Positions 19,799-29,043 of a stretch of 54,794 nt of DNA are shown here, one piece after another. Numbering within the stretch: position 1 is the stretch's first letter; the number at the start of each line of letters is the position of its first letter. Made by a program: the position numbers and the translations under genes. The DNA is from Nitrospirota bacterium (lineage in GTDB: Bacteria; Nitrospinota; Nitrospinia; Nitrospinales; VA-1), in NCBI GenBank assembly GCA_003246675.1, contig QJZQ01000054.1, positions 1 through 54,794 on the forward strand. Reading direction: 5' to 3'. A model generated the notes under the pieces. It saw nothing but the letters and a program-made list of their open reading frames with translations, searched no databases and was not told the DNA's origin.

Positions 19799-21115
19799 AT
19801 GAAAGTCGCCTTCACCACCCTGGGCTGCCGGACCAATCAGCACGACACCGCCGAGATGCAGACCCTCCTTGAACAGGAAGGCTACGCCATCGCCGATCCC
19901 GGCGAACGAGCGGACATTTACGTCATCAACACCTGTTCGGTAACCGCCCGCAGCGACTACCACTCCCGCCTGGCCGTGAAAAAATCCCTCGCCATCAACG
20001 GGGACGCGATGGTGGTGTTCACCGGCTGCTACGCCCAGCTCGCCGGCGAGGAGGCCGAGGCCATCGAAGGGCTGGATCTCGTTCTCGGCAACGCCAACAA
20101 GCTGGAAATCGTCGACGCCATCCGCCGCAACGTCAAGGGCCAGCAAGTGATTAAAAGCACCGGCGGACCGGCTTATCACATGACGGACATCCACCAGGAG
20201 CGGGATTTTCGCTCGATCCCGGTGGGAAGCTTTTTCGGCAAGACCAGGGCCTTCATCAAAGTGCAAACCGGCTGCGACGAAAAATGCTCGTTCTGCACCG
20301 TGGTGCGCGCCCGCGGCCGTTCCATCAGCGACCGCCGCACAAATATTCTTAAGAACATCCGCCAGGCCATCGACGCCGGCTTCAAGGAGATCACCCTCAC
20401 CGGCATCAACCTCGGCACCTGGGGCATGGATCTGGAGCCTCGGGAGCGCTTTTCCTCGTTGGTCAGCGACATTGTCGACCTGGAGGGGGAATTCCGCGTG
20501 CGCCTGAGTTCCATCAACCCCATGGAGATCGACGACGAACTTTTGAGCCTGATGGCCCATTCACCTAAAATCTGCCCTCACCTGCACATCCCCCTGCAAA
20601 GTGGGGACGACGAGGTGCTCGGCCGCATGCGCCGCAACTACAACTCCCGGCAATACATCGACACCGTGCACCGGGCGGTGGAAAAAATCCCCGGTTTGGG
20701 CCTGGGCGCCGACGTGATCGTCGGATTTCCCGGTGAAAGCGAGGCGGCGTTCGAGCGAACCCGCGCCCTGATCGCGGACCTTCCTTTCACCTACCTGCAC
20801 GTTTTCACCTATTCACCGCGCAAGGGCACCGAGGCTTATGGCTTCCGGAGCGACCTGCCAAAAGCGGAGAAAAAGCGGCGCCACAGAATTTTAACCGAAC
20901 TGGCAGTGGAAAAAGCCGAACAATTCCGCCGCCGGCAGATCAACGAAACCGTCACCGTCCTGTTCGAGATCCCGGACACCGCCGGACAACTCAAGGGTTA
21001 CAGCGAGCACTACGTTCCGGTGACCGTAGAGGACAACAGGGACCTCATCAACCAACTGGTCCCGGTGACCTTAAGCCGCATGGCGGAAGATAGGGTCTTC
21101 GGATGCGTCGCCTGA
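19799..21115 (+). CDS. mtaB: Radical-SAM methylthiotransferase, MtaB-like (MiaB/RimO family)
   Basis: Start at ATG 19799 (MKVAFTTLGCRTNQHD). NTCSVT, the radical-SAM CDEKCSFC cluster motif, and a C-terminal TRAM-like region. Confidence 0.85.
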   Translation: MKVAFTTLGCRTNQHDTAEMQTLLEQEGYAIADPGERADIYVINTCSVTARSDYHSRLAVKKSLAINGDAMVVFTGCYAQLAGEEAEAIEGLDLVLGNANKLEIVDAIRRNVKGQQVIKSTGGPAYHMTDIHQERDFRSIPVGSFFGKTRAFIKVQTGCDEKCSFCTVVRARGRSISDRRTNILKNIRQAIDAGFKEITLTGINLGTWGMDLEPRERFSSLVSDIVDLEGEFRVRLSSINPMEIDDELLSLMAHSPKICPHLHIPLQSGDDEVLGRMRRNYNSRQYIDTVHRAVEKIPGLGLGADVIVGFPGESEAAFERTRALIADLPFTYLHVFTYSPRKGTEAYGFRSDLPKAEKKRRHRILTELAVEKAEQFRRRQINETVTVLFEIPDTAGQLKGYSEHYVPVTVEDNRDLINQLVPVTLSRMAEDRVFGCVA

Positions 21116-21900
21116 TCACCCTGACCACGGATTTCGGCCATGATGACCCGTTCGCAGGCATCATGAAGGGCGTTATTCTGGGCCTGGCCCCCGATGCGCA
21201 GATCGTCGACATCACCCACGCCATCGGCCCGCAGAACATTCGCCAGGCCGCATGGACCCTGGAAGCCGCGGCGCCCTGTTTCCCGGCGGGAACCGTCCAC
21301 GTCGCCGTGGTGGACCCCGGCGTCGGCTCCGAGCGCAGGCCGCTCGCGGTGCAGGCGGGCGAACACACGTTCATCGCGCCGGACAACGGCCTCCTCACGC
21401 CGTTTCTCGCTTCCGCGGATGACATCTTCGAGCTGACCCGGAGCCGGTATTTTCGCAAGCCGCTGTCGGCCACGTTTCACGGCCGCGACGTGTTCGCGCC
21501 GGCGGCGGCGTGGGTGGCGCAGGGAACGCCTCTTTCGCAAATGGGCGACCCCGTGGAAAATCCCGTCCTGCTGGACATACCGCAGCCGGTGTTCATGAAC
21601 GGCATTTTGACGGGGGAAGTCATCCACATCGACCGTTTCGGCAACATCGCCACCAACATCACCCGCGGCCATCTGGCGGATCATTTTCAGGAAGGGGCCG
21701 CGCAACAGAGCCTCCGCATCGGCCGGGGGAGCAACCTGAGGCTTGCCAGCCACTACAGCGACCGCGCGCCGGGCGAGGCGGGTTTTCTGCTCAACAGCTG
21801 GGACCGGGTGGAGGTTTTCGTCCGCGAGGGCAACGCCCGCCTGCATTTCAAGTGCGAGATCGGTTCTCCGGTCGTCATCTCACTGGAGACCGAAGAATGA
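21103..21900 (+). CDS. S-adenosyl-L-methionine hydroxide adenosyltransferase (DUF62, fluorinase/chlorinase-related SAM hydrolase family)
   Basis: 265 aa. ITLTTDFGHDDPFAGIMKGVI, VAVVDPGVGSERRP, APDNGLL and FHGRDVFAPAAA motifs. It overlaps mtaB by 13 nt and smpB by 4 nt. Confidence 0.85.
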   Translation: MRRLITLTTDFGHDDPFAGIMKGVILGLAPDAQIVDITHAIGPQNIRQAAWTLEAAAPCFPAGTVHVAVVDPGVGSERRPLAVQAGEHTFIAPDNGLLTPFLASADDIFELTRSRYFRKPLSATFHGRDVFAPAAAWVAQGTPLSQMGDPVENPVLLDIPQPVFMNGILTGEVIHIDRFGNIATNITRGHLADHFQEGAAQQSLRIGRGSNLRLASHYSDRAPGEAGFLLNSWDRVEVFVREGNARLHFKCEIGSPVVISLETEE

Positions 21901-22358
21901 CGGGAATCAAGATCATCTGCCAGAACAAGAAGGCCCGGCACGACTTTTTCATCGAAGACACCTTCGAGGCCGGCATCATGCTCAAGGGCACGGAGGTGAA
22001 GTCCCTGCGCGAAGGCAAGGCCAACCTCGCCGACAGCCACGCCCAGGTGGAAAACGGTGAAGTGTGGCTGCTCAATTGCCACATCAATCCCTACGCGCCG
22101 GCAAGCCAGTTCACCCACCACCCCATGCGGCGGAGAAAGCTGCTCCTGCACAAAAAGGAAATCGAAAAGCTCATCGGCAAGACGCGGGAAAAGGGCTACA
22201 CGCTGGTTTGCCTCAAGTTGTATTTCAAGGGGGGCAAGGCCAAGGCCGAACTGGGCCTCGCCCGCGCCAAGAAGCTGCACGACAAGCGGGACACCCTGAA
22301 AAAGCGCGAAGCCCAGCGCGAAATCGACAAGGCGATCAAATCACGCATCCGGGTCTGA
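21897..22358 (+). CDS. smpB: SsrA-binding protein SmpB
   Basis: ATG 21897 (ATGA overlap with the previous stop). MTGIKIICQNKKARHDFFIEDTFEAGIMLKGTEVKSLR...RRRKLLLHKKEI...KKLHDKR is canonical SmpB. It is embedded in the longer track ORF 21510..22358. Confidence 0.95.
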   Translation: MTGIKIICQNKKARHDFFIEDTFEAGIMLKGTEVKSLREGKANLADSHAQVENGEVWLLNCHINPYAPASQFTHHPMRRRKLLLHKKEIEKLIGKTREKGYTLVCLKLYFKGGKAKAELGLARAKKLHDKRDTLKKREAQREIDKAIKSRIRV

Positions 22359-22415
22359 CCGGGCTTCCGCAGGCGGCCGCCCGCCCCGCAACCCCCCGCG
22401 CTCACGGAGGGAGCA

Positions 22416-23405
22416 ATGGATATCGAAAAAAAGATCGCGGAGTTGCTGAGCGGGTTCCAGCCCGCCACGGCATTCATGGCTGCGTGCGAACTGGGCCTGT
22501 TCGAGGAACTCAAGCAACCGGCCCGCGCCGAAAAAGTCGCCCAAAGGCTGGGGCTCGACCCACGCGCCACCCTGCGATTGCTCAACGCCCTCGTTGGGAT
22601 GGCCATCGTGGTCAAGGAAGGTGAACACTTTTATTTACCCGAAGGCTGGCGGAAGTTCCTGCTTAAAGAGGGCGAGCGCTATCTCGGCCAATGGGTTGCG
22701 CTCATGTCCGACCTGCAGAAGGCCTGGGTGCAGTTACCGGAATTTGTCCGCAACGGGCGCAATATCACAAGCATCATGGACATGCTCGGCGGCGACCCGG
22801 CGCGCATGCGCGGCTTCATCGATGCCATGCACGACAAGGCCTTGAAAGCCACCGCGATGATCGCCCGGGAGATCCCTCTTGGCGAAGCCCGGCAAATGCT
22901 GGACGTGGGCGGCGGCCCGGGCACCTACGCCCTGGAATGGGCCAGTGCGCACCCCAGGCTGAAAGCCACGGTGTTCGACATCCCCCCCGTGCTCGAAGTG
23001 GCGAAAGAATACATCCGCCGCTACCAATTGGAAAACCGCGTGACGACCCAGGCGGGGGATTTCAACCGCGACGCACTGGGCACAGGGTACGACCTGGTCC
23101 TCCTCGCCAACGTCCTGCACATGTACAACGCGGAGACGGCGGAAGGCCTGGTGAAACGGGCGGTCACCGCCCTTGCACCTGGCGGACGGCTGATCGTCCA
23201 CGGCTTCACCACCGACGAAGGCGGCACCAGCCCGCTGGAGGACGCGATGTTCAGCATCAACATCGGCCTGTTGACAGAAGGCGGCAACGCCCATCCGCTC
23301 CCTGAAATGACGCGCTGGGTGACCGGCGCGGGGCTCACCGAAACGCGCAGCTTCCGCATCGACGGCATTCCCACGGGCGTCCTCACCGCGAAAAAAGCGG
23401 TGTGA
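22416..23405 (+). CDS. Class I SAM-dependent O-methyltransferase (family 2, dimerisation domain plus MTase domain)
   Basis: 329 aa. N-terminal winged-helix dimerisation-like region, LDVGGGPGTYALEW SAM motif, DLVLLANVLH. Confidence 0.75.
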   Translation: MDIEKKIAELLSGFQPATAFMAACELGLFEELKQPARAEKVAQRLGLDPRATLRLLNALVGMAIVVKEGEHFYLPEGWRKFLLKEGERYLGQWVALMSDLQKAWVQLPEFVRNGRNITSIMDMLGGDPARMRGFIDAMHDKALKATAMIAREIPLGEARQMLDVGGGPGTYALEWASAHPRLKATVFDIPPVLEVAKEYIRRYQLENRVTTQAGDFNRDALGTGYDLVLLANVLHMYNAETAEGLVKRAVTALAPGGRLIVHGFTTDEGGTSPLEDAMFSINIGLLTEGGNAHPLPEMTRWVTGAGLTETRSFRIDGIPTGVLTAKKAV

Positions 23406-23416
23406 ACCAAGGGGGT

Positions 23417-24346
23417 TCAGCCTTGCGGCGTTTCCCGCCGGGCAACCACCAGAGCGACACCCAGGACGGCGATCACCGCGCCAATGTAGCCCAGGAAACC
23501 GGTGGGGTCCTGCGGCAGCCGGCCCAGGCTGTAGTCGGGAAAAACGAGCATGGCCAGCAGGGTGATGAGCGGGTTGAGGGTGATGAGAATGCTGATCAGG
23601 CTGATGGGAATTATTTTGACCGCCTCGGCCAGAGCGCCGTAAGCGAACAGGGTATTGAAACCGAGGAAAACCAGAAACAGCCAATACGTCGAATCGACGC
23701 CGGCGAACTCTCCCCACGTCACCTGCGGAACCAGAACGATCGCCGCCACGCCGTAGACCAGCAGGTTGAGGGACTGCGGGCCAAAATCACGGCTCAGGAT
23801 TTTCTGGCAGACCATGTAGACCACCCACACCACCCCCGCGAAAATAACGTACCAGTTGGCCGAGGAATACAGGCCGAGCTGCGCCACGTTGGCCCGCTGA
23901 TCGATGAAAAAGACGACAAAACCGGCCATCGCGGTCAGGAGCCCGAGGTATTGCCGCTTCGTCAGTTTCTCGCGAAAGATAAAGACCCCGACAAGCACCA
24001 GGATGACCGGAGCGAACTGGATCAGAATGGCGACGTTCGAAGGCCCGCTGAAGTGCACCGCCCGCGTCACGCCCAGGTAATTGGCCGCGAGCGCCGCCCC
24101 GGCCAGCAGGCCGAGACTCGGCGGCCGAAGCAGGATGGCCTGCGGCGCCTGCCCCTTCCACCCAAGGAAAGCGAACAACACGACGAATGCAAAGGCAAAG
24201 CGGAACCAGGCAATGGACCCCGCCGAAAATTCGGTGAGGGCGATCTTGAGAAAAATCGGCAGCAGTCCCCACAGCAGGGTGGTGACGAGCACCAGCAGAA
24301 CACCGTGAAGGTATTTAGAGCCGGAAGATGTGGGCGGCGGATTCAA
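23417..24346 (-). CDS. DMT-superfamily (EamA-like) transporter
   Basis: 309 aa, about 10 hydrophobic helices in two EamA-like halves. Confidence 0.75.
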   Translation of the reverse strand: MNPPPTSSGSKYLHGVLLVLVTTLLWGLLPIFLKIALTEFSAGSIAWFRFAFAFVVLFAFLGWKGQAPQAILLRPPSLGLLAGAALAANYLGVTRAVHFSGPSNVAILIQFAPVILVLVGVFIFREKLTKRQYLGLLTAMAGFVVFFIDQRANVAQLGLYSSANWYVIFAGVVWVVYMVCQKILSRDFGPQSLNLLVYGVAAIVLVPQVTWGEFAGVDSTYWLFLVFLGFNTLFAYGALAEAVKIIPISLISILITLNPLITLLAMLVFPDYSLGRLPQDPTGFLGYIGAVIAVLGVALVVARRETPQG

Positions 24347-24475
24347 TGAATAGACCCGATTTTTTTTGGGACTGACAGGGTACCACAGAGCGTGTCAATT
24401 CCGCTCAAAAATGGCCCCGGCACGCGCCACTCCCACCGCCTCTTTCACCCTCTTCGGCGTGCGGAACCGAGGGCT

Positions 24476-25105
24476 TCACTGAAGTTCAGAGAAATTCTTG
24501 AGGAGGGTCAGGCCATTTTTCTGGCTTTTTTCAGGATGAAACTGGAAGGCGTAAATGTTTTCGTGATGGACGCCGGAAACAAAGGGGCCGCCGTAATCCG
24601 TCACCGTGGCCACCATGGCGGGATCTTCGGGCACCACATAATAGGAATGGACGAAATAAAAATAGCGGTCGCCCGAAAGCCCCGCGAACAGGGGGTTGGG
24701 CCGCTCCACATGGACGGTGTTCCACCCCATGTGCGGGATTTTGAGCGGCTCCCCGTCCGCGGGATTGCGGTGCGGTTGCGGGAAGCGCACCACCGCGCCA
24801 GGGAGCAGACCAAGGCCCGGCACAAGGCCGAATTCCTCGCTTTGGTTGAACAGGAGTTGCAGGCCCAGGCAAATCCCCAGGAAGGGTTTGCCGCTTTTCA
24901 CGGCCTGCTTGACCACCTCGACAAGGCCGAGCTTTTCGAGGTTGTGCATGCAGTCGTGAAACGCCCCCACGCCGGGAAGCACCACCGACCGTGCCCCAAG
25001 GATGGTTTCCGGGTCATGGGTCACCACGGCGCGGGCCCCCACCGCCTCCAGCGCCTTTTGCACCGAACGCAGGTTGCCCATGCCGTAGTCGATAACGGCG
25101 ATCAC
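24476..25105 (-). CDS. hisH: Imidazole glycerol phosphate synthase, glutamine amidotransferase subunit
   Basis: 209 aa. IAVIDYGMGNLRSV, LPGVGAF, GICLGLQLL (catalytic Cys), FQFHPEKS. Confidence 0.95.
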   Translation of the reverse strand: MIAVIDYGMGNLRSVQKALEAVGARAVVTHDPETILGARSVVLPGVGAFHDCMHNLEKLGLVEVVKQAVKSGKPFLGICLGLQLLFNQSEEFGLVPGLGLLPGAVVRFPQPHRNPADGEPLKIPHMGWNTVHVERPNPLFAGLSGDRYFYFVHSYYVVPEDPAMVATVTDYGGPFVSGVHHENIYAFQFHPEKSQKNGLTLLKNFSELQ

Positions 25106-25693
25106 TTATAACTTCCCTTTAGTGGAGGGGACTGCCCCGGTGCGGGCATCGAGTGAGGAGGCTTCGTCGAGGGCGCGGGCGAAAGCCTTGAACAACGCCT
25201 CGATGATGTGGTGCAGATTGGTCCAGTAGGGGGAGTTGAAGTGCAGCGTGATGCCGCTGTTGGCGGCGAACGCCTGAAAAAACTCGGCCACCAGCTCCAC
25301 GTCGAAATCCCCGACTTTCGATTTAGGCAAATCGACATTGAAAACGAAATACGCCCGCCCGCTGATGTCGATGGTGCACTCGGCCAGCGCCTCATTCAGG
25401 GGAACGCTGGCCCGGGCAAAGCGGCGGATGCCGCGTTTATCGCCCAAAGCTTTATTGAATGCCTGCCCGAGCGTGATGCCTACATCTTCAACGGTATGGT
25501 GAAAGTCGATATGCGTATCCCCCCGGGCCTTGACCTTGAGGTCGAAAAGGCCGTGCCGGGAAAGCTGGGAAAGCATATGATCGAGAAAAGGAATGGTCGT
25601 CTGAAGGTCCTGAACTCCCGTCCCGTCGATGGAGAATTCAACATCGATCTCGGTTTCGCTGGTGGCGCGCTGTACTTTGGCTGTTCTATCCAT
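25106..25693 (-). CDS. hisB: Imidazoleglycerol-phosphate dehydratase
   Basis: 195 aa. RATSETEIDV, FLDHML, GDTHIDFHHTVEDVGI, NLHHIIEALFKAFARAL. Confidence 0.95.
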   Translation of the reverse strand: MDRTAKVQRATSETEIDVEFSIDGTGVQDLQTTIPFLDHMLSQLSRHGLFDLKVKARGDTHIDFHHTVEDVGITLGQAFNKALGDKRGIRRFARASVPLNEALAECTIDISGRAYFVFNVDLPKSKVGDFDVELVAEFFQAFAANSGITLHFNSPYWTNLHHIIEALFKAFARALDEASSLDARTGAVPSTKGKL

Positions 25694-27674
25694 TGGCCGA
25701 CTGTTTTACTTTCACTTGGCGCTTCTTCATGTTTTTCAGGAGAGATTCGCCACTGCCCCGAAACCATTTTTTCCCGCCACCGGAGGTGGATTTTTTAAAC
25801 ACCGAATCGTAGTAGGCGACCACGGTCTCATAAAGGCCGGGCGGGTCGAGTTTGAGGTCCTTGCGTTGCAGGTCCGAAGCCCCGTGCTCAAGCACGATGT
25901 CGCCGATGCCGATGCACTTGATGTTGATGCCGGGCAGACCCTCTTCCTCGATCGCCTCGAGCACCGCCGAGCCGAAGCCGCCCTGGAGCGAGTGCTCCTC
26001 CATCGTCACCAGGCACGCCGCCGATTTGGCGTAACGGAAAACCAGATCCTTATCTATCGGCTTGGCGAAACGGGCGTTGATGACGGCGATGGAAAGTCCG
26101 TCTTTTTCCAGCATATCGGCCGCTTCCATGGCCGGCTGCACCATATGGCCGTAGGCGAAGATGGCGATATCCTCGCCGTCCCTCAACACTTCGCCCTTGC
26201 CTATTTCCAGAGTCTTTATTTCCGGGTCCAGCGGCACCCCCAGGCCGGACCCTCTCGGGTAACGCAGCGCGGCGGGACCGTTGTGATAAACCGCCGTTTT
26301 CAGCATGTGGCGCATTTCATTTTCATCCTTCGGCGCCATCACCACCATATTGGGAAGCGTCCGCAGAAATGCGATGTCGTACATGCCCTGGTGGGTCGCT
26401 CCGTCTTCACCGACGATTCCCGCCCGGTCCATCGCGAAGGTCACCGGGATGTTCATCAGGCAGATGTCATGCACCACCTGGTCGTAGGCCCGCTGCAGAA
26501 ACGTGGAGTAAATGGCAGCCACCGGCCGGAACCCCTCCAGGGAAAGCGCTCCGGCGAAGGACACCCCGTGCTGCTCCGCCATGCCAACATCGAAGGTTCG
26601 CTCGGGAAACACCTCGCCAAACCGGCTGATGCCGGTGCCATCAGGCATGGCTGCGGTAATGCCGATGATCTTCTCGTCCGCCCGCGCAAGCTCAATGAGG
26701 GCTTCGGCGAACACGGCGGTGTAGGCCGGGTGAGCTTTTTTCTTGTGAAACTCTCCGGTAGCAATGTCGAAGGGCCGCGCGCCGTGCCAGACATCGGCCT
26801 TTTCCTCGGCCTGGTCGTAACCTTTGCCCTTGCGCGTCATCACGTGCAGGAGGGTCGGCCCCTTGAGTTCCTTCACAGTCTGGAAGGTGTCGATCATCGC
26901 GTCGAGGTTGTGCCCGTCCACGGGGCCGACGTAACGGAACCCGAGGTCCTCGAACAGGCGCCCGGGAATGAAGACGCCCTTGATCGCCTCGTCGATGCGG
27001 TGCGCGTAGGCGGATATTTCCTTGCCGATACCGGGGATGGCGAGGAGCAGTTCGTCGACCTCTTTTTTAATCTTCATCATCACCTGACCGGTGAGAATCT
27101 TGCTCAGGTGCGCGGACATGCCACCGACGTTGGCGGAGATGGACATTTCGTTATCGTTCAGCACGACGATCATGTCGTTCTGAATATGGCCCGTGTGGTT
27201 GAGCCCTTCGAAAGCCATGCCCGACGTCAGCGAACCATCGCCGATGATGGCAACCACCTCGGTGTCCTCTTTCTTGAGATCCCTCGCCTTGGCAAACCCG
27301 AGGGCCGCCGAAATCGATGTGCCCCCGTGGCCGCAGTTCCAGTGGTCGTGCGGGCTTTCCTCGCGCTTGGTGAAACCGCAGAGCCCGCCGTACTGGCGAA
27401 TGCTGTCGATGCGGTCGCGCCGGCCCGTCAGAAGCTTGTGGACATACGATTGATGCCCCACGTCCCAGATGAACTTATCCCTGGGGCTGTTGAACGCATA
27501 ATGCAGCGCAATGGTCAGCTCGACCACACCCAGGTTGGAAGAAAGGTGCCCCCCGGTCTTGGAAATGGTCTGCAACAGGGTGTCACGTATTTCCTGCGCC
27601 AGGGCAGGCAGATCCGACCTGTCGATTTTCTTTAAATCGTCAGGACCGTCAATATTATCGAGAAATCTGTTCAT
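25686..27674 (-). CDS. dxs: 1-deoxy-D-xylulose-5-phosphate synthase
   Basis: Start at ATG 27674 (MNRFLDNIDGPDDLKK). GGHLSSNLGVVELTIALH, GHGGTSISAALG, IGDGSLTSGMAFE. The 3-prime end overlaps the hisB start by 8 nt. Confidence 0.95.
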   Translation of the reverse strand: MNRFLDNIDGPDDLKKIDRSDLPALAQEIRDTLLQTISKTGGHLSSNLGVVELTIALHYAFNSPRDKFIWDVGHQSYVHKLLTGRRDRIDSIRQYGGLCGFTKREESPHDHWNCGHGGTSISAALGFAKARDLKKEDTEVVAIIGDGSLTSGMAFEGLNHTGHIQNDMIVVLNDNEMSISANVGGMSAHLSKILTGQVMMKIKKEVDELLLAIPGIGKEISAYAHRIDEAIKGVFIPGRLFEDLGFRYVGPVDGHNLDAMIDTFQTVKELKGPTLLHVMTRKGKGYDQAEEKADVWHGARPFDIATGEFHKKKAHPAYTAVFAEALIELARADEKIIGITAAMPDGTGISRFGEVFPERTFDVGMAEQHGVSFAGALSLEGFRPVAAIYSTFLQRAYDQVVHDICLMNIPVTFAMDRAGIVGEDGATHQGMYDIAFLRTLPNMVVMAPKDENEMRHMLKTAVYHNGPAALRYPRGSGLGVPLDPEIKTLEIGKGEVLRDGEDIAIFAYGHMVQPAMEAADMLEKDGLSIAVINARFAKPIDKDLVFRYAKSAACLVTMEEHSLQGGFGSAVLEAIEEEGLPGINIKCIGIGDIVLEHGASDLQRKDLKLDPPGLYETVVAYYDSVFKKSTSGGGKKWFRGSGESLLKNMKKRQVKVKQSANG

Positions 27675-27687
27675 AGCGAACTCAGCT

Positions 27688-28578
27688 TCAGTAGGTGCGT
27701 TGAACAAAGAACCGGGCTATTTCCCGGAGCGGGTCAGCCCGATTATCGAATGAATCCAGGCAACGGATACTTTTTTCGACCAGATCATCGGCCTTTTTGC
27801 GGGAGGCCTCGAGGCCGTACAACCCCGGATAGGTCGCCTTGTCCTTATCCAGGTCGCTGCCGATGTCTTTTCCTAACACTTTTTCATCGCCGACGATGTC
27901 CAGAATATCATCGATGATCTGAAATGCCAGCCCGATATGCGCCCCATACTGCGTGAGCGCCGCCAGTTCGGATTTGGAGGCCTGGCTCAAAAGCGCGCCG
28001 GAGCGGACACAGGCGCGAAAAAGAAAACCCGTCTTGTAGATGTGGATGTATTCCAGCGTTTCCGGGTCGATCGGCTTGCCTTCGGATTCGAGATCGACCA
28101 CCTGCCCGCCGATCACCCCGCCGGACCCCATGGCGACAGCCATTTCGTGGGTGGCGGAAAGCAGGCACTTCGCGGGGATGGAGGCCATCAACGCGGAATG
28201 CGTCATCATGAGAAACGCCTGGGTGAGCAGCGCATCTCCAGCCAAAATGGCGACCGCCTCGCCGAACGCCTTGTGACAGGTCGGCTTCCCACGCCTCAGG
28301 TCATCGTCGTCCAACGCGGGAAGGTCGTCATGAATCAGCGTGTAGGTGTGGATCAGCTCTGTCGCCACGGCGAAAGGCATTACCGTCTGCCGATCGCCGC
28401 CCACCGCCTCCGCGGCGGCGATGACCAGGCTGGGCCGCAACCTTTTGCCCCCGGCCATAAGGCTGTAATGCATCGCCTTATGGATCACCTCGGGATAGCT
28501 TCCCTCCCCCGGCAATAATTCAAGGATCGCCGCGTCGATGAACTTCCTGTTCTCTAAAAGATAGCGATCTGCGGACAA
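27688..28578 (-). CDS. ispA: Polyprenyl (farnesyl/geranylgeranyl) diphosphate synthase
   Basis: 296 aa, TTG start. GGKRLRP, first DDxxD-type motif LIHDDLPALDDDDLRRGKP, second motif FQIIDDILD. Confidence 0.9.
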   Translation of the reverse strand: MSADRYLLENRKFIDAAILELLPGEGSYPEVIHKAMHYSLMAGGKRLRPSLVIAAAEAVGGDRQTVMPFAVATELIHTYTLIHDDLPALDDDDLRRGKPTCHKAFGEAVAILAGDALLTQAFLMMTHSALMASIPAKCLLSATHEMAVAMGSGGVIGGQVVDLESEGKPIDPETLEYIHIYKTGFLFRACVRSGALLSQASKSELAALTQYGAHIGLAFQIIDDILDIVGDEKVLGKDIGSDLDKDKATYPGLYGLEASRKKADDLVEKSIRCLDSFDNRADPLREIARFFVQRTY

Positions 28579-28954
28579 AACCCCAACATTATCAATGAAT
28601 TATTAATAAAATGCCGTTTAAAACCCAGGGTCAAATATTATCACAAATCCACCGCCAGTCAACTTTAATCGTCTCCCGGCCTAGCACAATCAAGCTATTA
28701 GATTTAAAGACTTTAGACCACCATGCCTTGCGCATCGCCAGGGCTCTCCCGGCTCCGCCGGCAAAGCCCCCTTCGCACCTCCGAAACGCTGCCCCCTGGA
28801 TTCTCTGGAAGCTTTTACCATCAAGGAATAGCAAAAATCAGCCGATAATCGGGGGAAGATCAATAGGGGAGGCGGAAATTTAATATCCATTCAAGAAATT
28901 TCATGTATCATGGCACCGAATTTTATCAACACCCGGCCGACCGGCCTTCGTTTT

Positions 28955-28981
28955 CCGCCGGAACCCGGGCGGTTTTATTTT
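28955..28981 (+). terminator. Terminator/attenuator-like hairpin followed by a T-run, 63 nt upstream of the nhaD start
   Basis: ccgcc (28955..28959) pairs with ggcgg (28968..28972), followed by ttttatttt (28973..28981). A second small hairpin, ggcc-gacc-ggcc (28935..28946), is followed by ttcgtttt. An alternative long-range pairing, cccgg 28932..28936 with ccggg 28965..28969, is also possible. Confidence 0.35.
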
Positions 28982-29043
28982 AATCTGCACCCCGAAAACC
29001 TGGAGAAGTACCCGCCCCAACCCCCAATATTGAAGGACCGGAA

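Noticed and set aside
22359-22415. tmRNA (ssrA) next to smpB
   Set aside because: The gap is only 57 nt, and there is no tRNA-like acceptor/T-arm sequence (GGGG...; GGTTCGA..TCC..CCA) nearby. ssrA must be elsewhere.
28611-28890. Track ORFs 28611..28883 (+), 28631..28834 (-) and 28690..28890 (-) as possible small genes, including a missing xseB
   Set aside because: The translations are not protein-like (no hydrophobic periodicity, odd composition) and show no similarity to the ExoVII small-subunit pattern (helical, E/L/A-rich). I treat the region as non-coding.
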